Assembly (NCBI GenBank): GCA_002633005.1
Contig: NMRA01000837.1
Span: 62,089-126,088, forward strand
Reading direction: 5' to 3'
From: Phoronis australis
Taxonomy: Eukaryota; Animalia; Phoronida
Length of the DNA stretch: 64,000 nucleotides
In this document: one piece after another, positions 27,430 to 39,739 of the stretch
How positions within the stretch are numbered: the first letter of the stretch is position 1
Layout of the letters: each line of letters starts with the position of its first letter
The notes under the pieces: generated by a model
Told to the model about the DNA's origin: nothing
Database searches by the model: none
What the model saw: the letters and a program-made list of their open reading frames with translations, nothing else
Made by a program: the position numbers and the translations under genes

Positions 27430-29732
27430 GTGATGTCTATGGTATTGTGGTTGAAAATCAGCAATACACAACAGCTCTTCAGACACTGGAACTTTGCAGT
27501 TGGTTTAACCAATTTCACTGCGTTCTCCTAGCATCAATCTATGAGACTAACTCATTCACTTCAATGGAATACAGACACATGACCAAGGTTCAACAGAAGC
27601 ATCGAGATTTTAATTTCCAACTCTATTAATCTGTAACTTAATTTTAATTAAAGAATTACAAGTAGTTTTATACCTAATGTATTCAACTTAAAAATATGAA
27701 AATAAACAATGTCTTCACTTTTATTTCAACTGAAACCAGCACATTATTTTGAACTTTTCCATTTCCATCAAGATCATGTAACTACTACTAGGTCACTGGA
27801 AAAGCTTGCGAAAGTTTGTCAAAGAATGGAGCTCTTAGCGATCACATTAAGTTCTTAACTTTTCTTTATTAGCAGGTAAGACATGAATGTTGATGACAAA
27901 ACACTATATTCAATTAATCTGCGATAAATTCCTCAATTATTCAAAAAAGTCAAGTGGAGTGACCCACTTTCGGCATAATTCGAATTGGACATGATGATTG
28001 TATATGTCAATTATAACTCACTGTATGTAAAAGTATGTTTTATTTGCGGCCTACGTGCCTGCCAGCCAGTTAGCCAAACAGCATCATCATGCTCTGCCAC
28101 CTGTTGACAGCAAAGCTGTTGCATGAGTGAGTGTCACTATTCACTAGTAGTGGCACCTGGTGTTGTACGCGTTTTATTTCTGGCAAGTAGCTCTGACTAG
28201 GTGGCACTGAACAGTTAGGCTGCGACTGCAGCCGTGGCCAATTTGCAGTCCCAAAATATTAAAATCTGGGGGTAGGTCAGGCTTGGGGGCATTTTTAGGT
28301 AGGTACTGCATGTCAGCCACGTGAATGTGGTTTGTTTGTATTTGTGAACATATTGAGAATGAAAAAAGACGGCTTGCTCGGCTGCAGCAGCACTCCTCTT
28401 CAAGATGACGGCCCCCTGTTGCAATTGTGCATTGCTGGATAGTGACTGAGAATTAAATTGGCCACAATTTCAGGTAGACCTCAAACAAGCCAGATTTTCA
28501 AAAAAACTAGTAGGTTGACAGTACTTTTGGACCACAATTTTGGAATAGGTAGGAAAATTGCTTTCAGAATCTAATGTTGGCTTTAGTTGAGCATCGGCAG
28601 GCAAGTGGTGTTTTGGGATGAAAAGTGCCGATTTTGCGTTTTTTACCCCTTTTTTCTTAGTCTAGCTTGTTTTCAGTAGGAGTGAAAGGATCAAAAATAC
28701 GAGAGAATAAAGTTTCTGTGCTCATCTGTATCCAGTGTAGGGCTTCTGATGTGAAATGATCTGACACTTTTCGTTCCAGTGACATGTGTTCATTTGTGAG
28801 TTCGCTGTTATCGCTACTACTAGCGCCGCCAAGTGGTGAATAAGCAACGGTCAAGTAGGAAGCGCGAGAACAATGGGGCAGGGCGCATTTTGCAGTGCGA
28901 TACATTGCACTAATTCATCCACGAAAAACCCCAGATGTATTTGTTACGTTTCCTAAGGATCCAGAAATGTAAGGATTATTTGTTATTCAATAAATTGATA
29001 CATTGTTTTTTATTTTGTGCGTTCTATTCATCATTGGAAGACAAGTCCATGCAGTCCCGGTGCTGCTGTTGTCTGCAGTGTAGGCTACTGCACAGGCTAC
29101 GCTCTGCCTTCTGCACATACTTTGTTGTCAATATACGTCTACTACTGTGTAAGGGAGCATCAGAATGGAATTGTGGTAGTGACGAATCGTTTTGCTTTCT
29201 TCTTCTTACTTATGTTACACCTCAGTACTGCATAAACCAATTTTCTGCACTGGTAGAAGCTTGGCGTATTCAATACGGAACACATTCAAAATTGTTGTGT
29301 GGACATGAAACACATACACGCAGTGAGCTTGGGGCCATGCTCAAAACGAGGGCCAAATCTTATCACCACCAAAGCACATGTTGTCAATGGTCAGGGGAAC
29401 AACCAAAACTTGTGATGATGGGAGGGGCTGAACACGCATGTGGCATACCAAACTGGTTACCTATTTAGCACTACTCCCATGCATCCCCTGGGAAGAGGTC
29501 AACATGTGCGCATTTGGCGCCCACCTGGTTTGCACTCCTCCCTTGTACCCCTTTGCTGGCGCCTGGGGGAACTCCTCCCTGAACCCCCCAGGAGCAATCA
29601 CTAAAATTATGACTAATGAGTAATGTAGTCCATGGAGGTATGAAATTTATGAGGAATGGTAATTTGCCTTATTGAGAACTTAAACTTGAAACAAAACCAA
29701 GATGGCTTTTGAAGGGAGATTCAAAAGAATGA

Positions 29733-31321
29733 TGAAGTATTATCTGGCCGGTTAGAGGCGATAATGAAGACACCAGGTTTAGAACAATAGCTTTATATTT
29801 GAAGACTAAGTACCGAGAGAACTACTTCATTCACAGCAATATATGACTACGCTACATAGTAATACGATACTACAACATCCCCCCTCTTTAGTAAATGCGG
29901 TTATAATACGGTTAGAACGTAATGATCAATGATGATAACTTGATCTTGTAGCAGGTGCTAAGTAAGTAAGTATGATTACGCATATGATATCTTAGTAAGC
30001 TAGTGTCCTAATATTTAAACAAAATCCTTGTAGCGAGATGGTCTTGAAGTCTTTCGCTCAGATCTCCTGATGATGGATTCTGGTTTAGCTACTGCTGGTG
30101 TACTGCGAGAGTCCTCTGATGTGGCAGTAGATGCTGACTGAGTAGGCGTGTCGTCGCTGAAATGAACACGTTTCGGCATCATGTCTCGCAAATGATGTCT
30201 ATTGCGGCGAAGCCTAGTGCCATTTGGGGTTTCGACGATATAACTGTCCGGATTCTCATCTTGGAGTACGATGGTACCCGGGCGCCAAGTCTTGGTTTCT
30301 TTATCGAGGATTCTAACATGCTGACCACGAAACAAGCTTGGAAGCGATTGTTTAAAGCATTGTTTGTCATGATGGTCCTTCATGTTTGTAGCTCGTTCAT
30401 CCAATCTTCTGCGATGTGCATCCTCACCAGGTTCAGAGCGGCTCGGTAGAGTCGTGACTACTGGTCGGCCAAATAGCAATTCTGCTGGTGATGGAAGTTT
30501 TGCGTCAATCGGAGTGGCTCTGANNNNNNNNNNNNNNNNNNNNNNNNNNNNNNNNNNNNNNNNNNNNNNNNNNNNNNNNNNNNNNNNNNNNNNNNNNNNN
30601 NNNNNNNNNNNNNNNNNNNNNNNNNNNNNNNNNNNNNNNNNNNNNNNNNNNNNNNNNNNNNNNNNNNNNNNNNNNATCGTCGCCGTCCCAGGCCATCTTC
30701 GGTATGGAAGCCGCCATATTTGTTTTGATCCGGGGTCAAATGTCACAGGCACAGAGGTCGCAGACGGTCACTTGCACTGATCTAATTATAGGTCGTCTGG
30801 GAATGTGGGAGTGACAATTTTCAGGCACAGTCTGCGACAGACAATGGCGATTAGGTGTCAGTCCGCGTGACAATGAATTCCGTGCTTCTCCTATCCTCGG
30901 ACAGGAATAAAACGTTGATAGTATAATGATCACTGAACACCGACTGTCCGTTCAGAACAGTCGTTATCTTGCACTTACGAATTTCTGTCTTTTCTGTCTG
31001 CTGGTTGACGGACAGGTACTATAGGGTTTGCAGACAAGGGCGCGTCGCGGCTTGACGTTGTCCGGCTCCCGGTAGATGCACGAAAATTAGTTTCTGCATA
31101 TCTCCAAAGTCCATTCAGTTGCACAACATCGGTCCTGGCAATCACAGGTATGATTGTGTGTTTACCGCTGCCACCATGAAGTATTATCTGGCCGGTTAGA
31201 GGCGATAATGAAGACACCAGGTTTAGAACAATAGGTTTATATTTGAAGACTAAGTACCGAGAGAACTACTTCATTCACAGCAATATATGACTACGCTATA
31301 TAGTAACACGATACTACAACA
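29733..31321 (-). mobile_element. Young Ty3/gypsy LTR retrotransposon; internal region interrupted by an N-gap
   Basis: 145-bp TG..CA LTRs at 29733-29877 and 31177-31321 with 3 differences. 5-bp TSD AATGA at 29728-29732 and 31322-31326. PBS TGGTGGCAGCGGT (31176-31164) is complementary to a tRNA-Leu 3' end. PPT AAAGAGGGGGGA is adjacent to the 3' LTR. Gag-like start MAASIPKMAWDGDD at 30717. Integrase tail RATPIDAKLPSPAELLFGRP..W.PG.I..SYIVETPNG..LRRNRHHL ends at 30015. Confidence 0.95.
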
Positions 31322-31950
31322 AATGAAAGCAAATTAGTATTGGTTATTTGCTTCTTGTGGCGCTAGTTTTTCAATAACCATTGTCACTGTGCCGAATGGT
31401 ACGAATGGCAAGATGGCATAGTCCGAATGGCATAGTGAACTCTCCTATTCAGTTTTATTGGCTATTCTTCGTGAGCTCCCTTGGCCTTGGGCAAACCCAT
31501 GACTCTGAGAATTGTTTCGTGCCCCCCTCCCTCTTACCTTACAAGAAGCTGAGTTGTGCATTGGAAGAGAGTGGTGCCATTTCCAGGAATTCCATCACAA
31601 ACATCAGATATGCAAATCTGTTGCCTATGATTATCTATGCTGCCAACTTCCAGCATGACACCGACCACAGTGACACCTTACGAGAAAATCCCTAACTACA
31701 TGAAGTAACTGATTGCAGTATCTTCTAATAAATAACATACCTAAACAGGGTGTTTATATCATCCTGGTGAGCCTAAAACTTGAAAGAAGCGTTGTACATA
31801 AATCAGCCAAGCAACATCATGTCTTCATTTAAACATTCTCATTTGAAACGACGCAATGAGTTTCCAGCAACATGGAACAGTGTTTATTAATTCGTCACCA
31901 GATGTCGCGATAGATTGAAGGTGAAGGTCGTTATTGCGTACACAAAACAA

Positions 31951-34609
31951 ATGTCTGAGCACGCAGCCTGTTTTCCGGAGGAAAAGAAAGATTTTGATTT
32001 AGAAATTGTGTTAGACGCATTCTCCAAATGCTACCATGGTGACGGTGAAGTATTTTTACACGAATACATCCGTGCCTTTCACGAACTTTGCAGGTAAATA
32101 ACCTTAGTAAAATCACGTTGCAATCACGCCATGTCTCGTCTGGACGTCATGGGCACTCAAATGACTCGGTAAACTTTGTCCTTTCTAGATGGTCTTTGGT
32201 CCTTTACTCTTCAACTGCAGTCAAGTTTGACTTAGTGAAGTTTTATTGGCAACATCCAATAAATTGTCTGTTGGCAGTCACGTTTTCTTACAATGCCAAA
32301 ATTACAAATGTTTTGATGAGGGGCCTGTTTCAAATATTTGTAAATAAATGACTAGACGAAAAATTAAAGGAGATAACTGCAATTTTAGCTGTCTATTTGT
32401 ATCCAATGTATTATTCACAAATAAATGTTTCCATATAGTTTCGTGTGCGTTACTTTTTCAATCAAAAGGTAAATTAGCATCATATAGCGTTACACACCCG
32501 CACTGTGGAATCATGTGAAGAATTTCTCGTTTACACTGGTCACCGCTCTAAGTCCCTAAGCCCCAGACAACTGTTATGATCCCTATTCAACACGCCCTTT
32601 TTATTGATGTAGATCTGAGCTAATGAAGTGGAAAGGTAATAGCTAACACTACTTTTTTAACTATGGTGGTCGTTATTACATCCAAAGTGTTTTTCTCTGG
32701 CATTTGCACAGAGTTAAAGCCTGCAATGTGGAGAGCAGTTATAACTTGGTACATTTTAAATATTACAAAAAGACTAAAAAGTTAATTTACGTTGATCTTG
32801 ACAAAGGGCCACTTCCCAAAGGAACGTTGGTTTTAAATATGTTTCATACCTGTTTTCATTACTTTATTTTAATACTCCTGTCTACTTGTTTTTTCTTACC
32901 GGTTAGGGTTGCTATCTTTATATTTTGTGTTTAACCGAAGCATCAAAACAACTTACAAGTCAGTTAATTGTGAACGGTCATCTCTGAATTTTCCATATTA
33001 CAGTGACACCAAACATGTCACAGCAAACAAAACTCCATGTGCCATTAGTTCATGTTCAATCTTTATTAGAACTCAAATCATAAAATATATACAAATGTGC
33101 AAATATGGTGATAGCCAAACTGAAGATTTGAAACCTCTGGACAATTTTGGTTGCAGTAACAAGCTCTGACCAGCTTAACCATAGTATGGTATACCAACAC
33201 AAAAGGCTTGCTTGACAAGTTTAATCGAGCGCGATTCTAGATTAGATGGTGATTGTGGTAATTTCTTGATTTTTACACTCCAAGATAATGGTACGTAATA
33301 GGGCAGCGCTCGACACTACGAAAATCGCCAGGTCGCATTTTGCGACCAAACCAGAATCCTAGATTGCATTTTCAGAATCCAGCCCGCATTCATAATTCCA
33401 GGTCACAAAATTTTCCTGACATTTTATGTGCCAAAAGTGATTTTTTAAGTAAAAACGTAGCGTTTTCGAAAGGTCATAACGCTAAACCCTCGTGAGAGAC
33501 CGCCCCGAGTTGGCTGCTGGAGCATCTCGGGGCGGTCTGGGATCAAGCGGAAAAACCACAGGGTAAATCTGTGGTCGACGAATCTATTCGGTCGATTACA
33601 TTTTATTGCCCGTGAAGCCGCTAAGGGCTGCCTGAAGAAATATGACTCGCGCGTTTGTATTTTCGCCTTTTTCAATGACATGTAAAAGATTCATCAACAA
33701 ATTCCTCGTAAAATTCTGAAAACAAGCGTTTTTCTCCCACTAANATCTCGATTCATTACCCACAACGCGTGACTGCACAAAGCCTTTTCAAATTAGCCGG
33801 TGGAGCGTGAGACCCCTGAGGTCCCAATCGAGTCCTCACGACAACTTTGCGTTATGAGTAAAGTTTCTTCGTTTAAAAAGTTTTGTAAAATCGGATGGTG
33901 GGTTATTTTGCTATGACTTTATTTTTCTTGCACATGAAAATTTTAACTTAAAAGATGTGGTCACTTGACAATAATAAAGACATAAAAGTAAGAAGCGTAT
34001 TTGCAGAATTTAGTGCAAGTTTCGCTGATTTATGACATCTTTTGTTGATTCAGTGGAAGTCTTGATTTGTTAAATTTCCTTTTCAGGTTTTTCACACTAG
34101 TGGGACGCATCTTTGCTTTTGTGGCTGCAGATTTGTCGGACAAGATATCCATTCTTGAGAAGCACCTCGCTTCTGAGGATGGCCACCATTACAAAACTGT
34201 CCAGTCTATGTTAGACTATGAAATATCAAACGACTTGACAATCGTAAAGGCTGCCTCTGGGCGCCCTCAGTCAGGAGCAAGAACACTGCTGCGACTCCAT
34301 CGCGCACTAGAGTTTATTCTACAGTTCATGCAGCGGATGAGCGTGAGTGGGGATGAGGAGAAGTCCTCTCACATCGCTTCAGAGGTTTACGAACAGACCC
34401 TCGCAAAACATCACTTGTGGATCGTGAGAAAAATGGCTGGCCTCGCCATGTATACACTCCCGTCCAGGCGATACTTGATTGAGCTGATGTGTAAACACGA
34501 ATTCGAAGAAGTGGTTGGCTTATTACAACAAGTTGTAGCTTCAGGTCAGCCAGTATACGATGTCATACAGGGTCTTTACGAGTCCAAGGATTTATTGACT
34601 TTGCCATAA
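31951..34609 (+). CDS. CPTP: Ceramide-1-phosphate transfer protein (GLTP-domain, CPTP/GLTPD1-like), 2 coding exons, 221 aa
   Basis: Exons 31951-32093 and 34087-34609 are joined by a phase-2 GT-AG intron. Motifs ELCRFFTLVGRIFAFVAADLSDKI, SGARTLLRLHRALEF, LAKHHLWIVRK, YTLPSR and C-terminal LLTLP match the CPTP DxxxK / RxxxR / H phosphate-binding set. AATAAA at 34878. Confidence 0.9.
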
Positions 34610-35084
34610 AACTTTTGAAGTTATTGAAAATTTGAACAGATCTCGCGTCTTATTCAATCATTGACTAGTATGCTCAGCATGCCGAAATCAACAATCAGAT
34701 GTTTTGCCGAATAATGTTTTCTGCCTTACTGAAACCGTGAAATGACTGATGTTGTAAAACATATTATTTTTTATACAAAGAACATTTATTATTATATAAT
34801 TTCTATTCCATAATTTCCACAAAAACATAATATAGGTATATATGTACTCAAATTTGTGTCTTTTACAATGGTGCTTGAATAAAATGATAGGCCATAATTG
34901 GGGACAAATAAAACAACAAGAATAATATATGTTTTAAGTTGTACTGGGAATTTGAGGGTCACAGCTCTACAAATAAATATTTCCCAGAAGGAACCAAGTG
35001 GGTTCCTTAATTACAAGAGATAACACACACATTTCCGATACCCAAAGCGTAATTGAGTATCGGATTCTAAGTGGCACAGGTTAG

Positions 35085-35230
35085 CATAGTACCAGATGGA
35101 TACATGATACCAAATGGGTATTGGCCGATTGCCTACCAACTGGCAAATTCAATAACAAGTACCAAGTGGGTACAAACTGCCAAATGGGCAAATAAAGTAC
35201 CAAGTGGGTACACCAAACAGCCAACTGGGC
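35085..35230. repeat. Imperfect short tandem repeat (agtaccaagtgggtac units)
   Basis: Repeated taccaa(g/a)tggg units at 35089, 35108, 35160 and 35198. Confidence 0.6.
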
Positions 35231-37189
35231 TATAACAACCTGCAAAGCAGGTTCCGGACAAGCTGAGTGAGCAGACCAGCCGGAGTGATAAAAAGATATT
35301 GTAAGGAACGTGGTGTTGTGGCTCAGTTTGTGCTGAGAGCTGTGACCGGGGTGGAGAGAAGCAAGCTGCAGTGATGGATGCTCGAGTACAGGTCGGGTCG
35401 CTAGCCAATGGTATCGGTTCTTGCCTGAGGGTAACCCGGGCTTGAAGAAGGCACCAGCAGTGACTGTAAAAACAACAATGACCAACAGCAGATTTTGTTC
35501 AACAAAAGGGAGGTAGCGTGGGAAAGGTATAAATCGGTTGACGTGGGATTTTGTGATACCCAGGGTAGGGAGGGTGGGAGAGGTATAAAATTGTCTAATT
35601 AAGGAAACGTACGAGTGAATGTACCGTTGCTTGAGGCTGGGCCAACAGGAGGCTGGAGAGAAAGAACAAACAGTGCTACCATCGCACTTGGTAGGAACTA
35701 ACTAGGAGTTGGATATGAAGGATGAAGGAATGTATAATAGTATTTTCCTAAATAATAGGATTTATGTCAGAGTGCCATAAATCTCATTATGACACTTTAA
35801 TTGATCTATGCACGACTGCTTCACAAACTTTCAATTGGGTGCTTCATAGTAACCTACATGTCCTTTTAAAGTTATTCCTAGAAAAAATTCTGAGTTTGAC
35901 CAATTTCCGAATATTGTATCTCATAAATGGCTGATGGGATTAATACGAAACTTTCAGACACAATGCAGTATTCCCCAAAACACTGTTGAGAATTGTTTTC
36001 GAAATGCTTCACTTTTGCTTGAGGGACTAATAAAAGCTCAATAGTTGTGTAAAACAGAAATGAAACAATATTTTGTACTGACTTTTACAGCACTTTTATC
36101 TTGAACACTAAATTGCATGAAATTTGGTCATGCGATTGATACAATTTTGCTATGAGTGTACCTTTCTTTTTCGGTTAAATTCTAAAGATAAAAATCAAAT
36201 TCAACATGTTTTTTTCAGAAAAAATATTATTTTAAGAGAGCCAGTTTCTATACCTTTCTGGATATCCAGCTTAATGCGCAGACTTGCCGATAAAGTCCCG
36301 CTACTTAACCTTACTAACATGGCTGTGTTCTATAGACCCAAGACACTCACCAGGTTCACCGTTTCTGTCGCATAGTTCAACATTCTATATTCTCACCAAC
36401 CAATCACATCAGTCACTGCCGTTTTGCTTGTGTGTCTGAGCATACTCGCCGAACACTTGCTATTCATCATGAGATTTTGCGGGTAGTGGTACTCACTTAT
36501 TCAGAATGCTAAAACACCCACAAAAAGATTTTTATTTATACATTTGACAAATAACTGCAACTTACTTTACTGGCTGATGGTGTGCTGCCGCTAAGTTAAC
36601 ACGAAGACGTGAGATAGCCAATAAGAACCAAAAGGTGGCGCTTCTGTCCGACCATTTTTCAGTTGAGATAAAAGACAGCACATATTTACAACGAGTAAGA
36701 AAGAAGCAGTTTAAAATATTTTTGTTCTGATTCATATTAGGATTTGTGCTTTTAATTGGCTAAATACCGGATGTATGCATATTGTTAACGGAGAAGTGCG
36801 GCAAATTGAAATCCTTGACTGGGATCAGAGTCCCCTTTTGCCAACAACGACTTGTTGAATCGGTTTTCTGTTCCTTTGAAAAACTACAACGTATTCAGTG
36901 CCGACAGCTACTTTGAATTATATGATCCCCAGTCCCACCTAAGTTGTACCGTCGGACATAAAATTTGTGTAGCAGAAATGACGACAAAATTACCATTCGA
37001 GGATATCAAGTAAGAACGGATTCTCGGCGTAGTGAAATGCCTTATGAGATTTCGATTTTTTTTACAATTTTGAGAAGAGAGTTAAACCTGGACCCTGGGG
37101 TTCTGATGAAGGGGCGATGGTTGAGGGACGCGGATATGAAATTTGTCCCCCGGGCTTGTGGTTGCTGTTAGTGATATAGTAGAGCGTAG

Positions 37190-37690
37190 GACGTCCCGTG
37201 TTGAGGTTATGCAGGACTGTCGAAAAATAGCCAAATTTGGCAAACTTCGGGATATCATATCTCAGAAATGGCAGATCGGCTTCGTATGAAACTTTCAGAT
37301 ACATGTACCATACGTTGTGCACTGTTCTCCGAAACGCGGCTATGCCGAATTGTTTTTAAACTTTACCACTTTTCATGAGGGGCTATCAAAAATAGGACTT
37401 ATAAGATTTTTATGCAGAAACTCAAAAGTTGCATAAAACGAAAACGAAATTATAACTTAAAAAGTGTAACAGCGTTTTTGAAATTTCATCTTGAATATTT
37501 ATATCTAACGATATTTGGTCGTGTTATTGATACCATAGTTTTGCTGTGGACTTAACTTTCTTTTTGCTAGATATTGATAAAAAGACATGGTTACGCGACT
37601 CAATAATAGATTGGTATGAAGTCGAAAATCAAGTTCTACAGGCTTTCTTCTTTAAGAAACTACAAACCTTTACTGAGTTAAACTCTATGG
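37190..37690 (+). repeat. Dispersed repeat family, probably a non-autonomous DNA transposon; further copies near 35860-36260 and 55030-55545, related segments at 33760-34010 and 63200-63660
   Basis: Shared blocks aaatttgg..aacttcgg....catatctcagaa.tggc.gatcgg..tgaaactttca.atac and aacagcgttttt. 33870-33960 matches 63520-63610 (ggttattttgctatga..tgaaa.ttt.acttaaaa). Confidence 0.7.
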
Positions 37691-38404
37691 TTTTGTATAT
37701 ATTTGTCTAAAGGCATAGACAATTCAACTAGGCCCTACATAGCCTTAACTGTAGCACTGATGTCGCTATACGGATAGCGCTACACACTGACATTCCGTTA
37801 CACAACTTGGAATAGAAAGAACCACTGAAAAACAAGGTCTCGGCGACAAAAGAAGCTCATGGAGCATGCTGCCCACCCACGTGCACAGTAACGCTCCTCC
37901 TCCGTCTTCTACTTGAACCAAAGTAAAAGTAGTTGAAGAAATCAATAATAATCAAAATAAATCTGTGAGTGAAATCAACAATTTCACGCATTGCTTTAAA
38001 AATTTGTTCGTAAACGTATGTAATANTTCTTTAAGAGACTATAAACCTTTACTGAGTTAAACTCTATGGTTTTGTATATATTTGTCTAAAGGCATAGACA
38101 ATTCAACTAGGCCCCACATAGCCTTAACTGTAGCACTGATGGCGCTATACGGGTAGCGCTACACACTGACATTCCGTTACACAACTTGGAATAGAAAGAA
38201 CCACTGAAAAACAAGGTCTCGGCGACAAAAGAAGCTCATGGAGCATGCTGCCCACCCACGTGCACAGTACCGCTCCTCCTCCGTCTTCTACTTGAACCAA
38301 AGTAAAAGTAGTTGAAGAAATCAATAATAATCAAAATAAATCTGTGAGTGAAATCAACAATTTCACAATTTGCTTTAAAAATTTGTTCGTAAACGTATGT
38401 AATA
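37646..38404. repeat. About 380-bp near-identical tandem duplication joined at a single N (38026); probably an assembly overlap
   Basis: 37646-38025 and 38027-38404 differ at only a few bases, and the junction coincides with an N. Confidence 0.8.
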
Positions 38405-38881
38405 CGACTGACTTGATCAATATAGTATTGAAAAACAGAATGAATTTGTGGGGGTATTTTGCGGTATATTGAGATGTTCCGGATCAAGAGATAGTGCTAT
38501 CGCAGGGTGAAAACGATTTCGTGGAAGCCGTAGTTCTAGTCTTTTCGTCTTCTGTTGTGATCATGTAAGAGGGACAACTTTCATTTTTCTTGTGTAGCTA
38601 AATAATAAAATTTGGTCAATCAAGCTAAGATAACAGGTTAATGGGAAATTTAATTTAGTCTTTATTGACTTTGACGGAGAATAAATGTGCTTTGTAACTT
38701 ATTTTATTTTGTTTTCTGCTAAGATTAAAAGTAAAAAGGTTCAAAGTGATACGAACGGCGACCGTAAGATCAATCCCAAAGACACCTCAGCGGTCGCAGT
38801 TCGACATTTAGCAGAGCTAAATCCCACATGCAAGAAAACCAGTATTTAAATTGTTTAAGTCATCTGCCTCCATCAACTTAA

Positions 38882-39739
38882 AGGTAAAGCAACCCCTTTT
38901 CATGCCATTTTTAGTAAAAAAAAGGTTCGTTGATTATCCCAGACATATTTTTCATTTAATTACAACTTTTTGTAATTTAAACAATTACTTGTCCTTTACT
39001 CCAGAAGTGACGTTTTGGGAGGCAAGTATTTCGCGCCAATTTCTTTTGTGAGAGCTGCCGAGTCAGTCATTGTTCTACCTCTGTTGTGATTAGCTTAATT
39101 GTCGTTTGGTTTTGTTACAAGTCAGTCAACATGCTACTCTGTTGCTGCGTACCGAGATGTACTCATTATCGTCTCACGGACAGAGGACACACTCCCACTG
39201 GATAGTGACTTGAACACACAAACTGTTTACACCCCGCCGTGTGACTCCCTCGCCACACACCTGGCATGTTTTAAATAGCTCCAATACTTTAGACAAGTCC
39301 TCAATAGACTTATCAAAGTTTGGCTCATCGATCTATTCTTTGGATGACGAACTATCCTCTTCACTGGGTGTCGAACGGGGCCTGTTTTCACTCCCTCTAC
39401 TCATCATCGCAGCAGGGCTGCTTACAGGCTCTGGGCGATAATGAGTACATCCAGGTACGCGGGAAAAATGTGGCGTGTTCACTGACTCGTAAACAAAAGC
39501 AAACTACAACCGAACTTGTCACAGCCTAGGTATAACAATGACCGACTCGACAGCTGTCAAAGTCACACTATATGAAAGGAAATTGGCGCGAAATTCTTGC
39601 CTCCTAAAACGTCACTTCCGGAGTAAAGGACGAATAATTAATGAAATTACGAAAATCTGTAATTAAGTGAAAAATATGTCTGGGATAATCAAAGAACCTT
39701 ATTTTTGCTAAAAATGACACAAAAAAGTTGCCTTTCCCT
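38882..39739. mobile_element. Fold-back Kolobok-like element with about 290-bp inverted arms and a central transposase-like remnant
   Basis: TTAA|AGG ... CCT|TTAT ends. The arms align through ttgattatcccagacatatttttca, cctttactcc.gaagtgacgtttt, tttcgcgccaatttc and gtactcattatcg. The centre reads DLSKVLELFKTCQVCG on the minus strand. Confidence 0.75.

Noticed and set aside
28935-29468. 177-aa ORF (also 45127-45615 and 62607-62999)
   Set aside because: No recognisable domain or splice structure; the composition is typical of non-coding or repeat-derived frames.
37646-38404. Recent 380-bp tandem duplication
   Set aside because: The junction falls exactly on an N, which is typical of overlapping haplotype contig ends in a scaffold.
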